From the IMG/VR virus record IMGVR_UViG_2724678985_000012: 64,000 nucleotides of DNA. One strand, given 5' to 3'. The DNA comes from a virus. Its lineage: Duplodnaviria; Heunggongvirae; Uroviricota; Caudoviricetes. The position numbers were made by a program, and so were the translations under genes. A model generated the notes under the pieces. That model saw only the letters and a program-made list of their open reading frames with translations. It searched no databases and was not told the origin of the DNA. Positions 10,020 through 20,397 of this stretch are shown here, piece after piece (positions within the stretch are counted from its first letter, which is position 1; every line of letters begins with the position of its first letter).

Positions 10020-10183
10020 ATTTTTGTGTCCGTAAACCGCGTTACGCCCGAATTATGGTGGGGCGTGATGGGGAGGCTTCGGCCTGCTGGTTTCACTAAC
10101 GCCAGTCTGTCAACCCTGTCACGTCCTGCCACCTGTTTGACAGCGGGTAGCAGGTTGTTAAACCTGTTAGTGAGGCCGTAACT
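10020..10183 (+). ncRNA. c4-like antisense RNA / icd leader region of immI module 1 (boundaries approximate)
   Basis: structured leader directly upstream of icd-like ORF; internal complementary segments GGTTTCACTAACGCC / CCTGTTAGTGAGGCC. Confidence 0.3.
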
Positions 10184-10408
10184 ATGGTTAATGCCAATCC
10201 TTGCTCACGTCCTGAATTCATCTGGCGTTTCCACTCCCTGCAAAAACACTGCGATCACTTCGCAATTGCCGCAACCGAAAAAGAAGCCCGTTCTCTGATC
10301 CCTGATCAGCATGGTGTTCTTACTGGTCGTTTCTCTACTTCCCCACAACCAAACACTAATCCCTGGTATCGCAATATTACCAATCCCGGCATTGCGGAGG
10401 CACACTGA
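10184..10408 (+). CDS. icd: Icd-like small protein (immI module 1)
   Basis: 74 aa ORF whose stop overlaps ant start; c4-icd-ant arrangement; paralog at 49482. Confidence 0.5.
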   Translation: MVNANPCSRPEFIWRFHSLQKHCDHFAIAATEKEARSLIPDQHGVLTGRFSTSPQPNTNPWYRNITNPGIAEAH

Positions 10409-11115
10409 TGGATATCTGCATTCTTGAAAAGCCATCAATGACCAGCATTGAGATCGCGGAGCTGGTGGGAAAACGTCATGACAATGTGAAGCGTACCATT
10501 GAAACATTAGCCGAATCCGGCGTTATTGTTCGTCCTCAAATTGAGGATGAACCAAAAATAGATGTAATGGGGCGTTCTCGATTAATTCAGGTGTTCCGAT
10601 TTAGCGACGAGCAAGGCAAACGAGACAGTATCATTGTCGTTGCGCAGCTCTCTCCGGAATTCACCGCCCGGCTGGTGGACCGCTGGCGCGAACTGGAAGA
10701 ACAAGTACGCCAGCCGTTGACCGAAATAGAGATGATCGCCGCAATGGCTGCAAATGCAGTTCAGCAGCAAAAGCGGCTTCATGCTGTTGAGTCAAAGGTT
10801 AGCCAGGTCGCTGAAACCGTCGAGCAAATCAAGAAGGGCAATATGCCAGATGGTTACATTGGCTACCGCCAGCTGGCGGCGAAATGCGGCCTGACTGAAG
10901 CCAAATGTCGCAACCTTGTCAACGCTTACCGGATTCCCACCGATACACATGAGTTTTTAACTCCAGAGGGGGTATTGTCGCGTCGTTCCATCGTGGCCTT
11001 ATCTCCCTTCATGAATGCTTTTAACCGGATGATGTCGGAGGCTGAACACCGAGGAAAACGCTGGTATCACCCCAAAATGGGGCAATTCCAGGTGATCGGT
11101 TGGGGAGGTGAGTGA
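10408..11115 (+). CDS. ant: antirepressor Ant (Rha-type N-domain), copy 1
   Basis: 235 aa; conserved N- and C-terminal blocks shared with paralog at 49697. Confidence 0.7.
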   Translation: MDICILEKPSMTSIEIAELVGKRHDNVKRTIETLAESGVIVRPQIEDEPKIDVMGRSRLIQVFRFSDEQGKRDSIIVVAQLSPEFTARLVDRWRELEEQVRQPLTEIEMIAAMAANAVQQQKRLHAVESKVSQVAETVEQIKKGNMPDGYIGYRQLAAKCGLTEAKCRNLVNAYRIPTDTHEFLTPEGVLSRRSIVALSPFMNAFNRMMSEAEHRGKRWYHPKMGQFQVIGWGGE

Positions 11116-11312
11116 TGGACATCATGCAGGCGGTAAAAAAAATCAGGGAAGGACAGGCTGAAGTGTGCCGCCGTAAAGCATGGAGTGTTGGTGTATGGGC
11201 CTGGCCTGATAATTACTCTACTACCGGATGGTTTTGTATTAATGGACTCCAGATCCGGGAAGTTGATTTATCGACGGCTGATATAGTCGGTAATGATTGG
11301 ATCGTGACTTGA
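11112..11312 (+). CDS. small protein with DUF2829-like signature, homologous to C-terminus of Ant copy 2
   Basis: 66 aa; VCRRKAW...NDWIVT aligns with ant2 C-terminal ATVCRRSSW...TDWIVS; ATGA overlap with ant. Confidence 0.45.
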   Translation: MMDIMQAVKKIREGQAEVCRRKAWSVGVWAWPDNYSTTGWFCINGLQIREVDLSTADIVGNDWIVT

Positions 11313-11320
11313 AGCGTGAT

Positions 11321-11346
11321 GCCCCGGCCTGGCCGGGGCTTTTTTC
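11321..11346 (+). terminator. rho-independent terminator after immI module 1
   Basis: gccccggcc-t-ggccggggc hairpin followed by TTTTTT. Confidence 0.7.
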
Positions 11347-11830
11347 ATGCCTCATTAGTTGAGGTTGCTGCGTCTCCGACTGGTAACAGAGCGGTATTGT
11401 GTGGTTCGCCAGCAGGCCAGCGATAGCCAGACACTCTTGATGTTGGGAATGCGCGAATATTAACCGCATCCCCCTGGTTCCCACCCAAGACAAGCAGATC
11501 GCCATTGGCGCGGCGTCCGACAACGAAGCCTACGTGCCCACCGCCTACGCGGGTAAATACAACGATACATCCGTATGCCGGTGTATCTAATTTCTCGCCC
11601 CAATCCAGATAGGATTTTGCCGACTCAAATCTTGTTGAGCGGATGCCTACACGTTCCAGCATTGCACCGACAAATGCTGCGCACCACGGCGTTTCATCGT
11701 CTTTAATTCCGCCGCGCTTGATGTCGCGCCAGAACTGAACGATTTCAGGGTTGTGTTTAGCGCCTTTTATTTCAGTCAGGCCAATGTGCTTACGGGCTTC
11801 AATTAGCCAGCGAGGTTCAATGTTTGCCAT
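11345..11830 (-). CDS. TIGR02594-family (NlpC/P60-like) putative cell-wall hydrolase
   Basis: 161 aa; PWCAAF Cys and GGHVGFVVG His motifs characteristic of this phage-associated family. Confidence 0.5.
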   Translation of the reverse strand: MANIEPRWLIEARKHIGLTEIKGAKHNPEIVQFWRDIKRGGIKDDETPWCAAFVGAMLERVGIRSTRFESAKSYLDWGEKLDTPAYGCIVVFTRVGGGHVGFVVGRRANGDLLVLGGNQGDAVNIRAFPTSRVSGYRWPAGEPHNTALLPVGDAATSTNEA

Positions 11831-11981
11831 ATTTTTCTCCCGGTAATGGGTTAATAAGTAGGCAAACTATGGGGAGTATGTGATTTTGACGGTAGTATCG
11901 TCCCCCTGAAAATAACATTCTCCATACCCTCTCAACCGTACCGCATAGCGGAATTTTTTACGGTTTAGAGGGGGAAATCCT

Positions 11982-14900
11982 TTGGACAAACTACTTCATT
12001 CAATCAGTGAAGCCTCCAGCTTAGGCGAACTGATTGAAATTGTTAGTCGGTTGCATAAATTACGTGCTGTTGCGACCTTTGGCGTCAGGAAAGCCGATGG
12101 CGTCAGTATTCAGAAAACACGCCGGGCAGCAAACAATGCCGCAGTAAATCTTCTTAATTCCCTTCCGCCCGGCTTCGATGGGGCGAAATTAACTGACGAA
12201 CAACGTCAGATTCTTGCCGGGTATACCGGTGAAGGCGGCCTGACAGATGGTGAGGGCAGCCAATACGAATACTACACGCCACAGTTTATGGCTGAAGGTA
12301 TATGGGATCTGTTTGCTGACTACGGTATTGATGGCGGGCACGTACTGGAACCATCAGCGGGCACAGGTATTTTCCAGGAGACAAAACGGCAGGGCATGAT
12401 AATGACCAGCGCCGAACTGTCTCCGATTTCCGGTCGAATAAACCAGCTTTTGCACCCGGAAGACGATGTGAATATCGGGGCGTTTGAGGCGCTGGCGGCG
12501 AAAGACGCAATGTATGATCACGCTGTAGGTAACGTACCGTTTGGTGAAGGGCGTTCCGGTGTCGCCGGGCTTGATCCGGCATATGCAAACGAGAAGAACG
12601 TTGGCAATTACTTTGTGCTGCGCACGATCGACAAGGTTAAGCCTGGTGGGCTTATCGTATTGGTGGTGCCGAATGGCATGACCGATGGTGCGAAATATAA
12701 AAAATTGCGCGATAAAGTCAGCCGTAAAGCGGAATTTTTGGGCGCACATCGTATGCCTTCTGGTACGTTCAGCGAATCCGGTACAGATACCGTGGTGGAC
12801 GTATGGGTATTGCGTAAACACCCGGAAACCTTCCTGGAGATGATCCCCGACACGGATGATTCAACACTCAAATCGGCAAACGTCCTTTGGGATACCTTCC
12901 TCAAAGGAAAATGGTTTACAACCGAAGGGAAGCGATTTGTTTACGGCGACATGGAACGTACCAGCTTCCGCAATACCCTGGTGGTGAAAAAAGACGGTCG
13001 TGTATCCAATGAGTCGATGAAAACCGCGCTATCTCGTCGCTTTGATAGTCGCATCAATTGGGATTTGCTCGGCGTAACTACTCAGGCATGGCAGGGCGCG
13101 AAAGTGGGCGATAAACGCCTTGTAGGCGGTATCTGGCATGAGTTTGATGGTCTGAAATGGGTTAAGGACACGACAACCAAATCCTCCGCGCTTGATGTAA
13201 GTCGATATGGTGTTTCGACGTTTGGCGATCTGCAGATCGCGTTCCAGTCAACAAACGGGATTCTGGCTTTGTCATGGGACCAGATATCGGCGATCGCGTC
13301 CGACTATCCATCGGTTGTCAGTGATGAAGTGGCAGCAATGATTCGCTTTGCTGGCAAGCAGCGAGAAAAAGACAGGGAGCGCGTTATGCGCGGTGCGCTG
13401 ATAGGTCAGTTGATCAACAAGGCACTTGATTTGCGTAACCTGGGTGTGAACGTTGATGACAAACTGGCAGATGCATCCCGCCTGGCGGCAGCAGAAGTTG
13501 CGAAGTATGGACCACCGCACGCCATTAAGCTGAATGGGCTTGCTGAAGCTGGCGCTAAAAACTGGATGACGTTCACTGGCAATGTGAAACAGGATGGTTC
13601 CACTTCTGACCTTCTGGCAGGGCGACTTGATGTAACGGATGGTGCTGCCGGTATTGACTTTACACGTCCTGAACAAGTGATAGCACATCTTTTCAGTGAT
13701 GTAGCCCTTAATCCTATAACGCTGGGAGACTTTCGTGAGGCGTTTGCTGGTGAACTGCCAGAGGACGACGACGCGGCCCTTGAATACCTGGCGAAATTTG
13801 ATGATATCGCTATTGATGGGTATGGCTGCCTGCTGCCGATGGACCGCGCCACCAGCGGCGATATTGCAACCAAAACAGCATTGCTGATGGGCTGGCGTGA
13901 TGCGTCAACAGGTGAGCAGAAAGCGAACTTTGAGCGTCAGTTGGCGAAAATCGAAGAGAAACGTATTTTCACGCCACTAAATAAAGTCACCGTTAATCTG
14001 AATGCCCGCTGGCTGGATCGCCGCTTGATAAAAGAGTTCCTGGCAGAGCAGGGCTATGACGAGTTTAAGTACACTGAACCTGATCTGAAGGTCGTCGATG
14101 GCATTCTGGTATCTCCGGACGATTACGAAGGTAAGGACGGGGTATTTACCGGCTATCAGCTACGAACCGTAAACGGCAAAAACGGGAATGAGTTCAAGAA
14201 GGCCAACAATAAAGACGGCTTCCTGAACCAGTTAGAAAACTACCTGAACGGTGTTAAACCGCGTGGGCAGAACGCTAACGAGTACCTGGATAAAATTGCT
14301 CAACTGGAAGTTAGTTTTAACGACTGGTTACGCACTCACCCGCAGGCTGATCAGATAGCCCGCGAGTATAACGACGCATTCAATGGTTTCATTCCGTTCA
14401 CGCATTCTGACGCACCGCTTGGCCTGGAAGGGCTTAGTGGAAAGCGCATTCCTCTTACTTATCAGAATGAAGAAGTTCGGCGCTTGTCAGAAGATGGGCG
14501 CGGCATCATGGGATTTGGTACCGGGCTGGGTAAAACCACGACCGCGCTTGCGCTTGAGGCGTATAACTTCGAAACAGGTCGCACTAAACGCACGTGTATT
14601 GTTGTTCCGAAGGCGGTTTATCAGAACTGGTATCACGAGGCACAGAGTTTCTACAGTGCTGATGCCTTCGCCAATATGATGTTTATCGGTTTGGATGAAG
14701 TTCGTGATGACAGCGGAAATATTCTGACCGCGCCGGTGCTTGATGAAAATGGCGAACCACGCCTCGACAGTAACGGGCAGCCTCTTACCAGAAATGTTGT
14801 GAAAGAGTCCGCCAGCGCCGTTATCGTTCAGCGCATGAACATGATCCCGTCGTCAAATTGGCGAACGGTCATCATGACAAAAGAACAATTCGCGTCTATC

Positions 14901-17900
14901 CCGCTACGAGAAAAAACCATCGAGGAGAACTCACAGCAAGCTGTCTTTAATGCTGTGGAAATGGGGCGTCTTGACCTGGCGTCCGGTAAACACCGTGATG
15001 CGCAGAAGAAGAACAAGATTAAGGATCAGGCCGCGAATACCGGTACAACGAAGAAGCAGAATATCCCGTACTTTGAGGATATGAACTTCGATAGCGTGAT
15101 TGCCGACGAGGGGCATAACTACCGCAACTCCTTTAATGCCGGGCGTGAAGCGGGACAACTGGCATATTTGCCTAACCCGGCAGTATCCAAGATGGCCCGC
15201 GACATGGCTGTAAAAGCTGCGTACATGATGAAACGCAACAACGGGCGTGGTGTAGTCATGCTGACGGCAACTCCGCTGGTGAACAGTCCGATTGATGCCT
15301 TCAACATGCTGTCTACTGTCATTCCGCAGGAAGAGTGGATGCGCATGGGCATCATTACGCCTGATGATTTCGTTCGTGTGTTTGGCAAAACAGCCACAGT
15401 TCAGGTCCAGAAAATTTCCGGGGAAGTGGAAGAGAAGCAGGGGCTGGTGGGCTTCCAGAACCTTGACGGCCTGCGTGGTATTTTCCATCGTTGGACCACT
15501 CTGAAGACTGCTGCAGATGTCGGAGCAACGGTTAAAATTCCCGACATCATTGAGAACACCTTGCAGATCCCGATGACAGGGGAGCAGGAGACTGCTTATG
15601 AAGAGCTTCGTAAGCGTGCTCAGGAGTTAAGTCGCAATGATGAGCTGACAGTCGATGAAAACGGGCATATCACTAACGACAAACCGGATGATTTCATCTT
15701 CTCCATCATCCGTGACATGGACAAGGTTGCTATAGACCCGGATCTGTATGCCAGTGCGATTACATTCCAGTTCCCCGTTGAGCTTGCAGACCAGGTAAAA
15801 GCTATTGCTGATGCCTTGCCAAAAGTAGCTGGCGGTAAAGTGGCAGATGATGTTGATGAGGCCGAGGAAGACGGCGCTGGCGGGCTGGTCAGTACGCGTA
15901 CCAGCAAGGTAGTGAAGACCGCTTTTAGTGAACATCCGACGCATGTTGAAATACGTGCCAGCATTGAACTGGAAGCTGAAATACTTAAGGCCATTGCGGC
16001 TGCCGGTATTGATATGCAGCAGGTATCGCACCCCATCCCGCCGAAGTATGCCGCGCTGATCGAAAATCTTCGTGAAGGTCTGAAGAACGGTAAGCAGATC
16101 GTCTTTATTGATGAAAAAGCCCAGCACCAGAAGCTGCGCCGTATTATCGCCAGTGCACTGCAAATGCCGGAGCAGGAGATTGGCATTATCAATGCGACGA
16201 CAGTTAGCCAGGCTGGCGGCATCAAGCTGAAGAAGGTGAATAAGCCGACCGAACCTACTCCAAACAAAAACGGTGAATACAAAGAAGGGGCATGGGAAAC
16301 CTACTACAGCAAACTTGCCCAATATGAGGATTATCTCTCAGCCAAAAATGATGCTGGCCTTGAGGGCATGGAAGGTATTGCCGCCGACTATAACGAAGGT
16401 CGCACGCGCATCATAATCTGTAACAAGAAGGCTGAAGTAGGTATTAACCTGCACATCGGGACAACCGATATCCACCACCTGACACTACCCTGGACACCAG
16501 CCAGTATCGACCAACGAAATGGGCGCGGTGCGCGCGTAGGTTCACCGCAAGAGAAGGTCAATGTTCACTACTATTGTGGCAAAGGCACATTCGACGACTT
16601 CCGTCTGGATACGCTGAAACGTAAGAAAGACTGGATCAAGATGGTGATGACCTCCGACATGTCAGAGATCGCCAATGGTGATGCGGATGATGCTGATGAA
16701 CGCGCCATTATGCTGGCGGCAAACCCGGAAGAACGCCGCGCAATCATGGCTCGCCAGGCGCAAGAGCGTGAAGAACGTCTGAAACTGAAAGCACAGCGCG
16801 AGGCCAACAATGCTCTCGATATCTACCTGAAAGCGGCAAACGCCGCCGGAAAAGATATCGGCATGATGGAGACAGAACTGAAAAGCGCGATGGAACAGAT
16901 AGAGTATTACCAGCGCAATCTTGACGACCTGATAAAAGCGGGTACGAACAGGAATGGGCAAAAATACGCGCTTGAGCAGTTGAGTAGCTACAGAAAACGT
17001 GCGCGGGTGCTGAAGTTTGCGATCACCAGGGCAAAAGACGCGGATACCATAATGAAACGCTCTCGTGGTGATGTGGAGCGCGCTATTAAGTCTGGTGTGC
17101 TGGATATCAGTATCGATGTTATTCAGAACCCACAGGAATATATGCGCACTGACAAGAATATCCTGTTGCATAAAGGTAGTTATTACCGTGCAGTCATTGA
17201 TGATCGCGAAACAACAGCGATTGTCCGGGTGGAAAAAATTGACGGTGAAAAAGCACAATACATCTGCCGTATCGCCTGGCTGGATAGAGCAAGTCGTTAC
17301 GCTCGATCACCGGGGTCAATCGTTACATTGCCGTTTGACTCTGTGATTGAAGCGGTAACTTTTGAAGAGGGGGTAGCTGAATCGCGCGCAACGGCTGCGC
17401 GTGGTGTTCAGTGCCACCAGCTATCAACGTCACTTACTCGCGATCAGTTCTATGATGCTATTCGTAACGGAGTAATGAAGGTCACTACAGGCCAGCCTGG
17501 TAGAGCATGGGGCGGTGAACCAGGTATTAAATACTGGGCCTATCGCACCGATGATGGTCAGATCGCGCTGTCATCGACCTATGATGGCATGATAGGACAG
17601 AAAATCGGGCGTACATCGGATATTGCACCAGAGCAGTGGATTTACCCTGATATCAACAATGAGGCGCTGAAGCGTGAAGTGGCAAAAATACAAGCCAGTG
17701 ATAATCCGCTGAATATCGTGGACGGAGAGGGATTCCTCCAGGCATTGTATGGGTATGATTACATCCAGGGAATGCAGGCATGGGGCGCACAAGCAACGAT
17801 GGATGATGTTGCCCAGGAGTTCGAAAACTGGATGGCTGGGCGTGGTCTGTCAGGTCGCTCGCTTAATAAAGTCACTTCTGAAGATATTCTTAGCTTGTTC

Positions 17901-18818
17901 CGCAAACCGTCCGGAGAAGGTCTGGAATCATTCTGGAGGACCGTGCTGGCATACCGTTTATTCCAGGGCAGGATGAAAGCCTTTAGCAATATCGATGATA
18001 TTGAACGGATGTTTAATCAGGTCAAGATAGCGAAAATTAAGACGAAGATCGAAAAAACACGTTCTGCGCTGGTGGCCTGGCGCGATGCATTGTTTGAGCA
18101 ATATAAATCACTCAGTGATGCAGATGGATGGGCGGCATTGGAACAGCTGGCGAATAATGGGGTAGATGGAGCGAAACTCGCCATTGTTCAGGCTGATAAC
18201 CCCCTGGAATCACCGGCAGCACAGTGGATTAAGGTGGGGGCTGTCATCAATGCATTTGATGAAAAATACATTAGTAAGGACGATTTTGCTGATGCTGTTT
18301 CTGTTAATCGCCTGGTAGAAATGGCTACCCGCCGCGCCCGTGAGTTGAAAGACGGCGACTATGTGAATGAGTTGCCGGATACGCTCAAATCGGCAACGTG
18401 GCAGGACTATGTATCGCTGAAAAACGGCGGGGCCACTGAATCAGAGATCGCGGAAAGGCTTGAGCAGGCTGAAAGCAAAAGAGAAGAGCAGGCGGCAGTG
18501 GCTGAAGCCAGAGCTGATGAAGCGGCGAATGATGACTATATCATTGTGGTTAATGATAAGCCGATTCGCGCTAAGGCGCGTGTTCGCGGGCGCTGGTGGA
18601 GCGTCAGCGAGGACGTTGGCGCGGTTTATCTCATTGCCGACCAACCAGGTTCCTCGACAATACGGAACGCCAAAGACGCGATTAAGAAGATTGGCGGGCG
18701 TTTCTGGAATTTTGAAGCAAACCCGGTTGCTGATGTGAACTTTGACCGTCCTGCATGGATGGTATCTACGCGTTACTCGGTAGATGAACTGCGTAAAATA
18801 ATCGCCGATGCGGCCTAA
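11982..18818 (+). CDS. darB: DarB-like giant N6-adenine methyltransferase + DExH helicase fusion (antirestriction)
   Basis: 2278 aa; TTG start with AGAGGGGGA SD; MTase motifs EPSAGTGIF and NVPFGE; helicase motifs GFGTGLGKTT and ADEGHNYRN. Confidence 0.8.
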   Translation: MDKLLHSISEASSLGELIEIVSRLHKLRAVATFGVRKADGVSIQKTRRAANNAAVNLLNSLPPGFDGAKLTDEQRQILAGYTGEGGLTDGEGSQYEYYTPQFMAEGIWDLFADYGIDGGHVLEPSAGTGIFQETKRQGMIMTSAELSPISGRINQLLHPEDDVNIGAFEALAAKDAMYDHAVGNVPFGEGRSGVAGLDPAYANEKNVGNYFVLRTIDKVKPGGLIVLVVPNGMTDGAKYKKLRDKVSRKAEFLGAHRMPSGTFSESGTDTVVDVWVLRKHPETFLEMIPDTDDSTLKSANVLWDTFLKGKWFTTEGKRFVYGDMERTSFRNTLVVKKDGRVSNESMKTALSRRFDSRINWDLLGVTTQAWQGAKVGDKRLVGGIWHEFDGLKWVKDTTTKSSALDVSRYGVSTFGDLQIAFQSTNGILALSWDQISAIASDYPSVVSDEVAAMIRFAGKQREKDRERVMRGALIGQLINKALDLRNLGVNVDDKLADASRLAAAEVAKYGPPHAIKLNGLAEAGAKNWMTFTGNVKQDGSTSDLLAGRLDVTDGAAGIDFTRPEQVIAHLFSDVALNPITLGDFREAFAGELPEDDDAALEYLAKFDDIAIDGYGCLLPMDRATSGDIATKTALLMGWRDASTGEQKANFERQLAKIEEKRIFTPLNKVTVNLNARWLDRRLIKEFLAEQGYDEFKYTEPDLKVVDGILVSPDDYEGKDGVFTGYQLRTVNGKNGNEFKKANNKDGFLNQLENYLNGVKPRGQNANEYLDKIAQLEVSFNDWLRTHPQADQIAREYNDAFNGFIPFTHSDAPLGLEGLSGKRIPLTYQNEEVRRLSEDGRGIMGFGTGLGKTTTALALEAYNFETGRTKRTCIVVPKAVYQNWYHEAQSFYSADAFANMMFIGLDEVRDDSGNILTAPVLDENGEPRLDSNGQPLTRNVVKESASAVIVQRMNMIPSSNWRTVIMTKEQFASIPLREKTIEENSQQAVFNAVEMGRLDLASGKHRDAQKKNKIKDQAANTGTTKKQNIPYFEDMNFDSVIADEGHNYRNSFNAGREAGQLAYLPNPAVSKMARDMAVKAAYMMKRNNGRGVVMLTATPLVNSPIDAFNMLSTVIPQEEWMRMGIITPDDFVRVFGKTATVQVQKISGEVEEKQGLVGFQNLDGLRGIFHRWTTLKTAADVGATVKIPDIIENTLQIPMTGEQETAYEELRKRAQELSRNDELTVDENGHITNDKPDDFIFSIIRDMDKVAIDPDLYASAITFQFPVELADQVKAIADALPKVAGGKVADDVDEAEEDGAGGLVSTRTSKVVKTAFSEHPTHVEIRASIELEAEILKAIAAAGIDMQQVSHPIPPKYAALIENLREGLKNGKQIVFIDEKAQHQKLRRIIASALQMPEQEIGIINATTVSQAGGIKLKKVNKPTEPTPNKNGEYKEGAWETYYSKLAQYEDYLSAKNDAGLEGMEGIAADYNEGRTRIIICNKKAEVGINLHIGTTDIHHLTLPWTPASIDQRNGRGARVGSPQEKVNVHYYCGKGTFDDFRLDTLKRKKDWIKMVMTSDMSEIANGDADDADERAIMLAANPEERRAIMARQAQEREERLKLKAQREANNALDIYLKAANAAGKDIGMMETELKSAMEQIEYYQRNLDDLIKAGTNRNGQKYALEQLSSYRKRARVLKFAITRAKDADTIMKRSRGDVERAIKSGVLDISIDVIQNPQEYMRTDKNILLHKGSYYRAVIDDRETTAIVRVEKIDGEKAQYICRIAWLDRASRYARSPGSIVTLPFDSVIEAVTFEEGVAESRATAARGVQCHQLSTSLTRDQFYDAIRNGVMKVTTGQPGRAWGGEPGIKYWAYRTDDGQIALSSTYDGMIGQKIGRTSDIAPEQWIYPDINNEALKREVAKIQASDNPLNIVDGEGFLQALYGYDYIQGMQAWGAQATMDDVAQEFENWMAGRGLSGRSLNKVTSEDILSLFRKPSGEGLESFWRTVLAYRLFQGRMKAFSNIDDIERMFNQVKIAKIKTKIEKTRSALVAWRDALFEQYKSLSDADGWAALEQLANNGVDGAKLAIVQADNPLESPAAQWIKVGAVINAFDEKYISKDDFADAVSVNRLVEMATRRARELKDGDYVNELPDTLKSATWQDYVSLKNGGATESEIAERLEQAESKREEQAAVAEARADEAANDDYIIVVNDKPIRAKARVRGRWWSVSEDVGAVYLIADQPGSSTIRNAKDAIKKIGGRFWNFEANPVADVNFDRPAWMVSTRYSVDELRKIIADAA

Positions 18819-18854
18819 CAGATAAGGAGCGGCCCCAACCGGGGCCGAATTTGA

Positions 18855-19289
18855 ATGACGACATTAATTGACACTGTAAAACCGACGGAATCCTACCTTG
18901 AGGACATTTTGCCGCAGGCGCTCAATGGCAGGAGTGAAGAAGAATACCTGACAGTTTATCTTGATGGCATGGTAGAAAGACTGAAGAAAAATCCACAGCT
19001 TTATCACCTTTATGGGCCGTGGTGGCCTGCGCTTAAAACGTTATTGCTGGAGCGCGGCGACATATCATTTGGACAAGTTGTAGATAGTGATGTGGCAGAG
19101 ATCTACAAAATGAGTCGCCCGGCGCTTACGGTTTTGGCTGGGCATCTGTATTCGAGCGATCGCCTGGGAAATGACGCGGTATACAATCCCGTTCATGCTC
19201 TGGAAGTCGCACCTTATGCTGATGATACAGAGCCATACGTGTACATAAGTTACGACGAGTCTATAGAGAAATATCGAATCATGGGGTAG
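18855..19289 (+). CDS. hypothetical protein
   Basis: 144 aa ORF immediately downstream of darB-like. Confidence 0.4.
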   Translation: MTTLIDTVKPTESYLEDILPQALNGRSEEEYLTVYLDGMVERLKKNPQLYHLYGPWWPALKTLLLERGDISFGQVVDSDVAEIYKMSRPALTVLAGHLYSSDRLGNDAVYNPVHALEVAPYADDTEPYVYISYDESIEKYRIMG

Positions 19290-19291
19290 CC

Positions 19292-19552
19292 ATGCGAAAG
19301 AATCGTAGGTTTACGGTCGAAGACCTAAAGGAATATTCCATATCGAAGGGGTATATCCTTGAGTTCCACCGATACAAGAAGGTTTTTACGCTGCGAAAAG
19401 CAGAAAACCCTGCGAACTGGAGCTGGATATACTTTCCTCACACCGATGATAAGTTGGTAGAACTTGTTGATGATTTAACCTATGAAGGTTGGTTGATCGC
19501 AATCGACAAGACAATCAAAGAATTATCCGAACAGGATAAAATAACCCTTTAA
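19292..19552 (+). CDS. hypothetical protein
   Basis: 86 aa ORF, tightly coupled to upstream gene. Confidence 0.4.
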   Translation: MRKNRRFTVEDLKEYSISKGYILEFHRYKKVFTLRKAENPANWSWIYFPHTDDKLVELVDDLTYEGWLIAIDKTIKELSEQDKITL

Positions 19553-19723
19553 AAATAACAGGTTGGGTAAATGCCATGCGATTTACCCTCCTTGTTGATT
19601 AAGGTCACTCTTTACTCTAAAAGCAAATCCGACCTGTTGCATATAGACCATCCTTGAGTAGTATCTCTCTTGTTTTACAAATCTAACGTTGTTGTTATTA
19701 TTTCGCATATTTACTATCAATGG

Positions 19724-19740
19724 GTGTGTTAGAAAATAGC
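19724..19740 (-). promoter_or_regulatory. C1-operator-like motif site 3
   Basis: GTGTTAGAAAATAGC in AT-rich intergenic region. Confidence 0.4.
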
Positions 19741-19885
19741 GCGAAAGAGAAGGCGTCGCAGTGAATATTCTGAAACATCCCCACATGCCGCAGCTCTTAG
19801 AGAACTGGAGAAAAACCCAGATCTAATCAAAAGGAACCATGAGCATTACGAGCAGGTTCGCGTCCTGGACTGGTTGTATCGCAAT

Positions 19886-20182
19886 ATGCGTTATGTGTAT
19901 GAGCATACTCACGCCACTCCAAACGGTGGCCTGCGAGGCATAAGGACGGCAATAAAAATGGTGGCAGAGGGCCAAAAGAAGGGATATCCCGATCTTTCTA
20001 TAGACCTTGCTTGTGGGGGATACCACGGAATGCGCATTGAGATGAAACATGGGAGAAATCGCCTGACTCCCGAACAACTCGTCTGGATGACCCGCCTCAC
20101 TGAAGCCGGTTACTACTGCTTTGAGGCGCGCAGTGCCGCTGAAGCCATAAAAGCTATCACGGAGTATGTTTGTCTTGATTAA
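19886..20182 (+). CDS. VRR-NUC domain nuclease (PD-(D/E)xK)
   Basis: GYPDLSID...GMRIEMKHG...LTPEQ pattern typical of VRR-NUC; ATG at 19886. Confidence 0.55.
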   Translation: MRYVYEHTHATPNGGLRGIRTAIKMVAEGQKKGYPDLSIDLACGGYHGMRIEMKHGRNRLTPEQLVWMTRLTEAGYYCFEARSAAEAIKAITEYVCLD

Positions 20183-20196
20183 ACGGAGAAATCGTT

Positions 20197-20397
20197 TTGC
20201 GTTTACTTAACGTGGCAGAACTTATCCCTGCAGGAACTAATGCTATCGCTCGTCGTCGCTCATGGCAGCAGGCTCTATGTATTGAGATCTCGAAACGTAT
20301 CAATGGAAGTTTTGAAGCTCGCAATATTGTTACTGGCGATAAGGTTCACATAACCCCGGAAAGTGCAAGCGCTGATGATTGGGAGTTTGTACATTGA
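20197..20397 (+). CDS. hypothetical protein
   Basis: 66 aa ORF. Confidence 0.3.
   Translation: MRLLNVAELIPAGTNAIARRRSWQQALCIEISKRINGSFEARNIVTGDKVHITPESASADDWEFVH

Noticed and set aside
12286-17989. Numerous 60-230 aa ORFs on the minus strand (and off-frame plus strand) inside the darB-like gene
   Set aside because: All are embedded in and antisense or out of frame with a continuous 2278-aa ORF with clear domain motifs; low-complexity translations typical of spurious frames.
19553-19885. AT-rich 330-bp intergenic region as a replication origin
   Set aside because: No iterons, DnaA boxes or GATC clusters could be identified; it contains only one operator-like motif and a hairpin.
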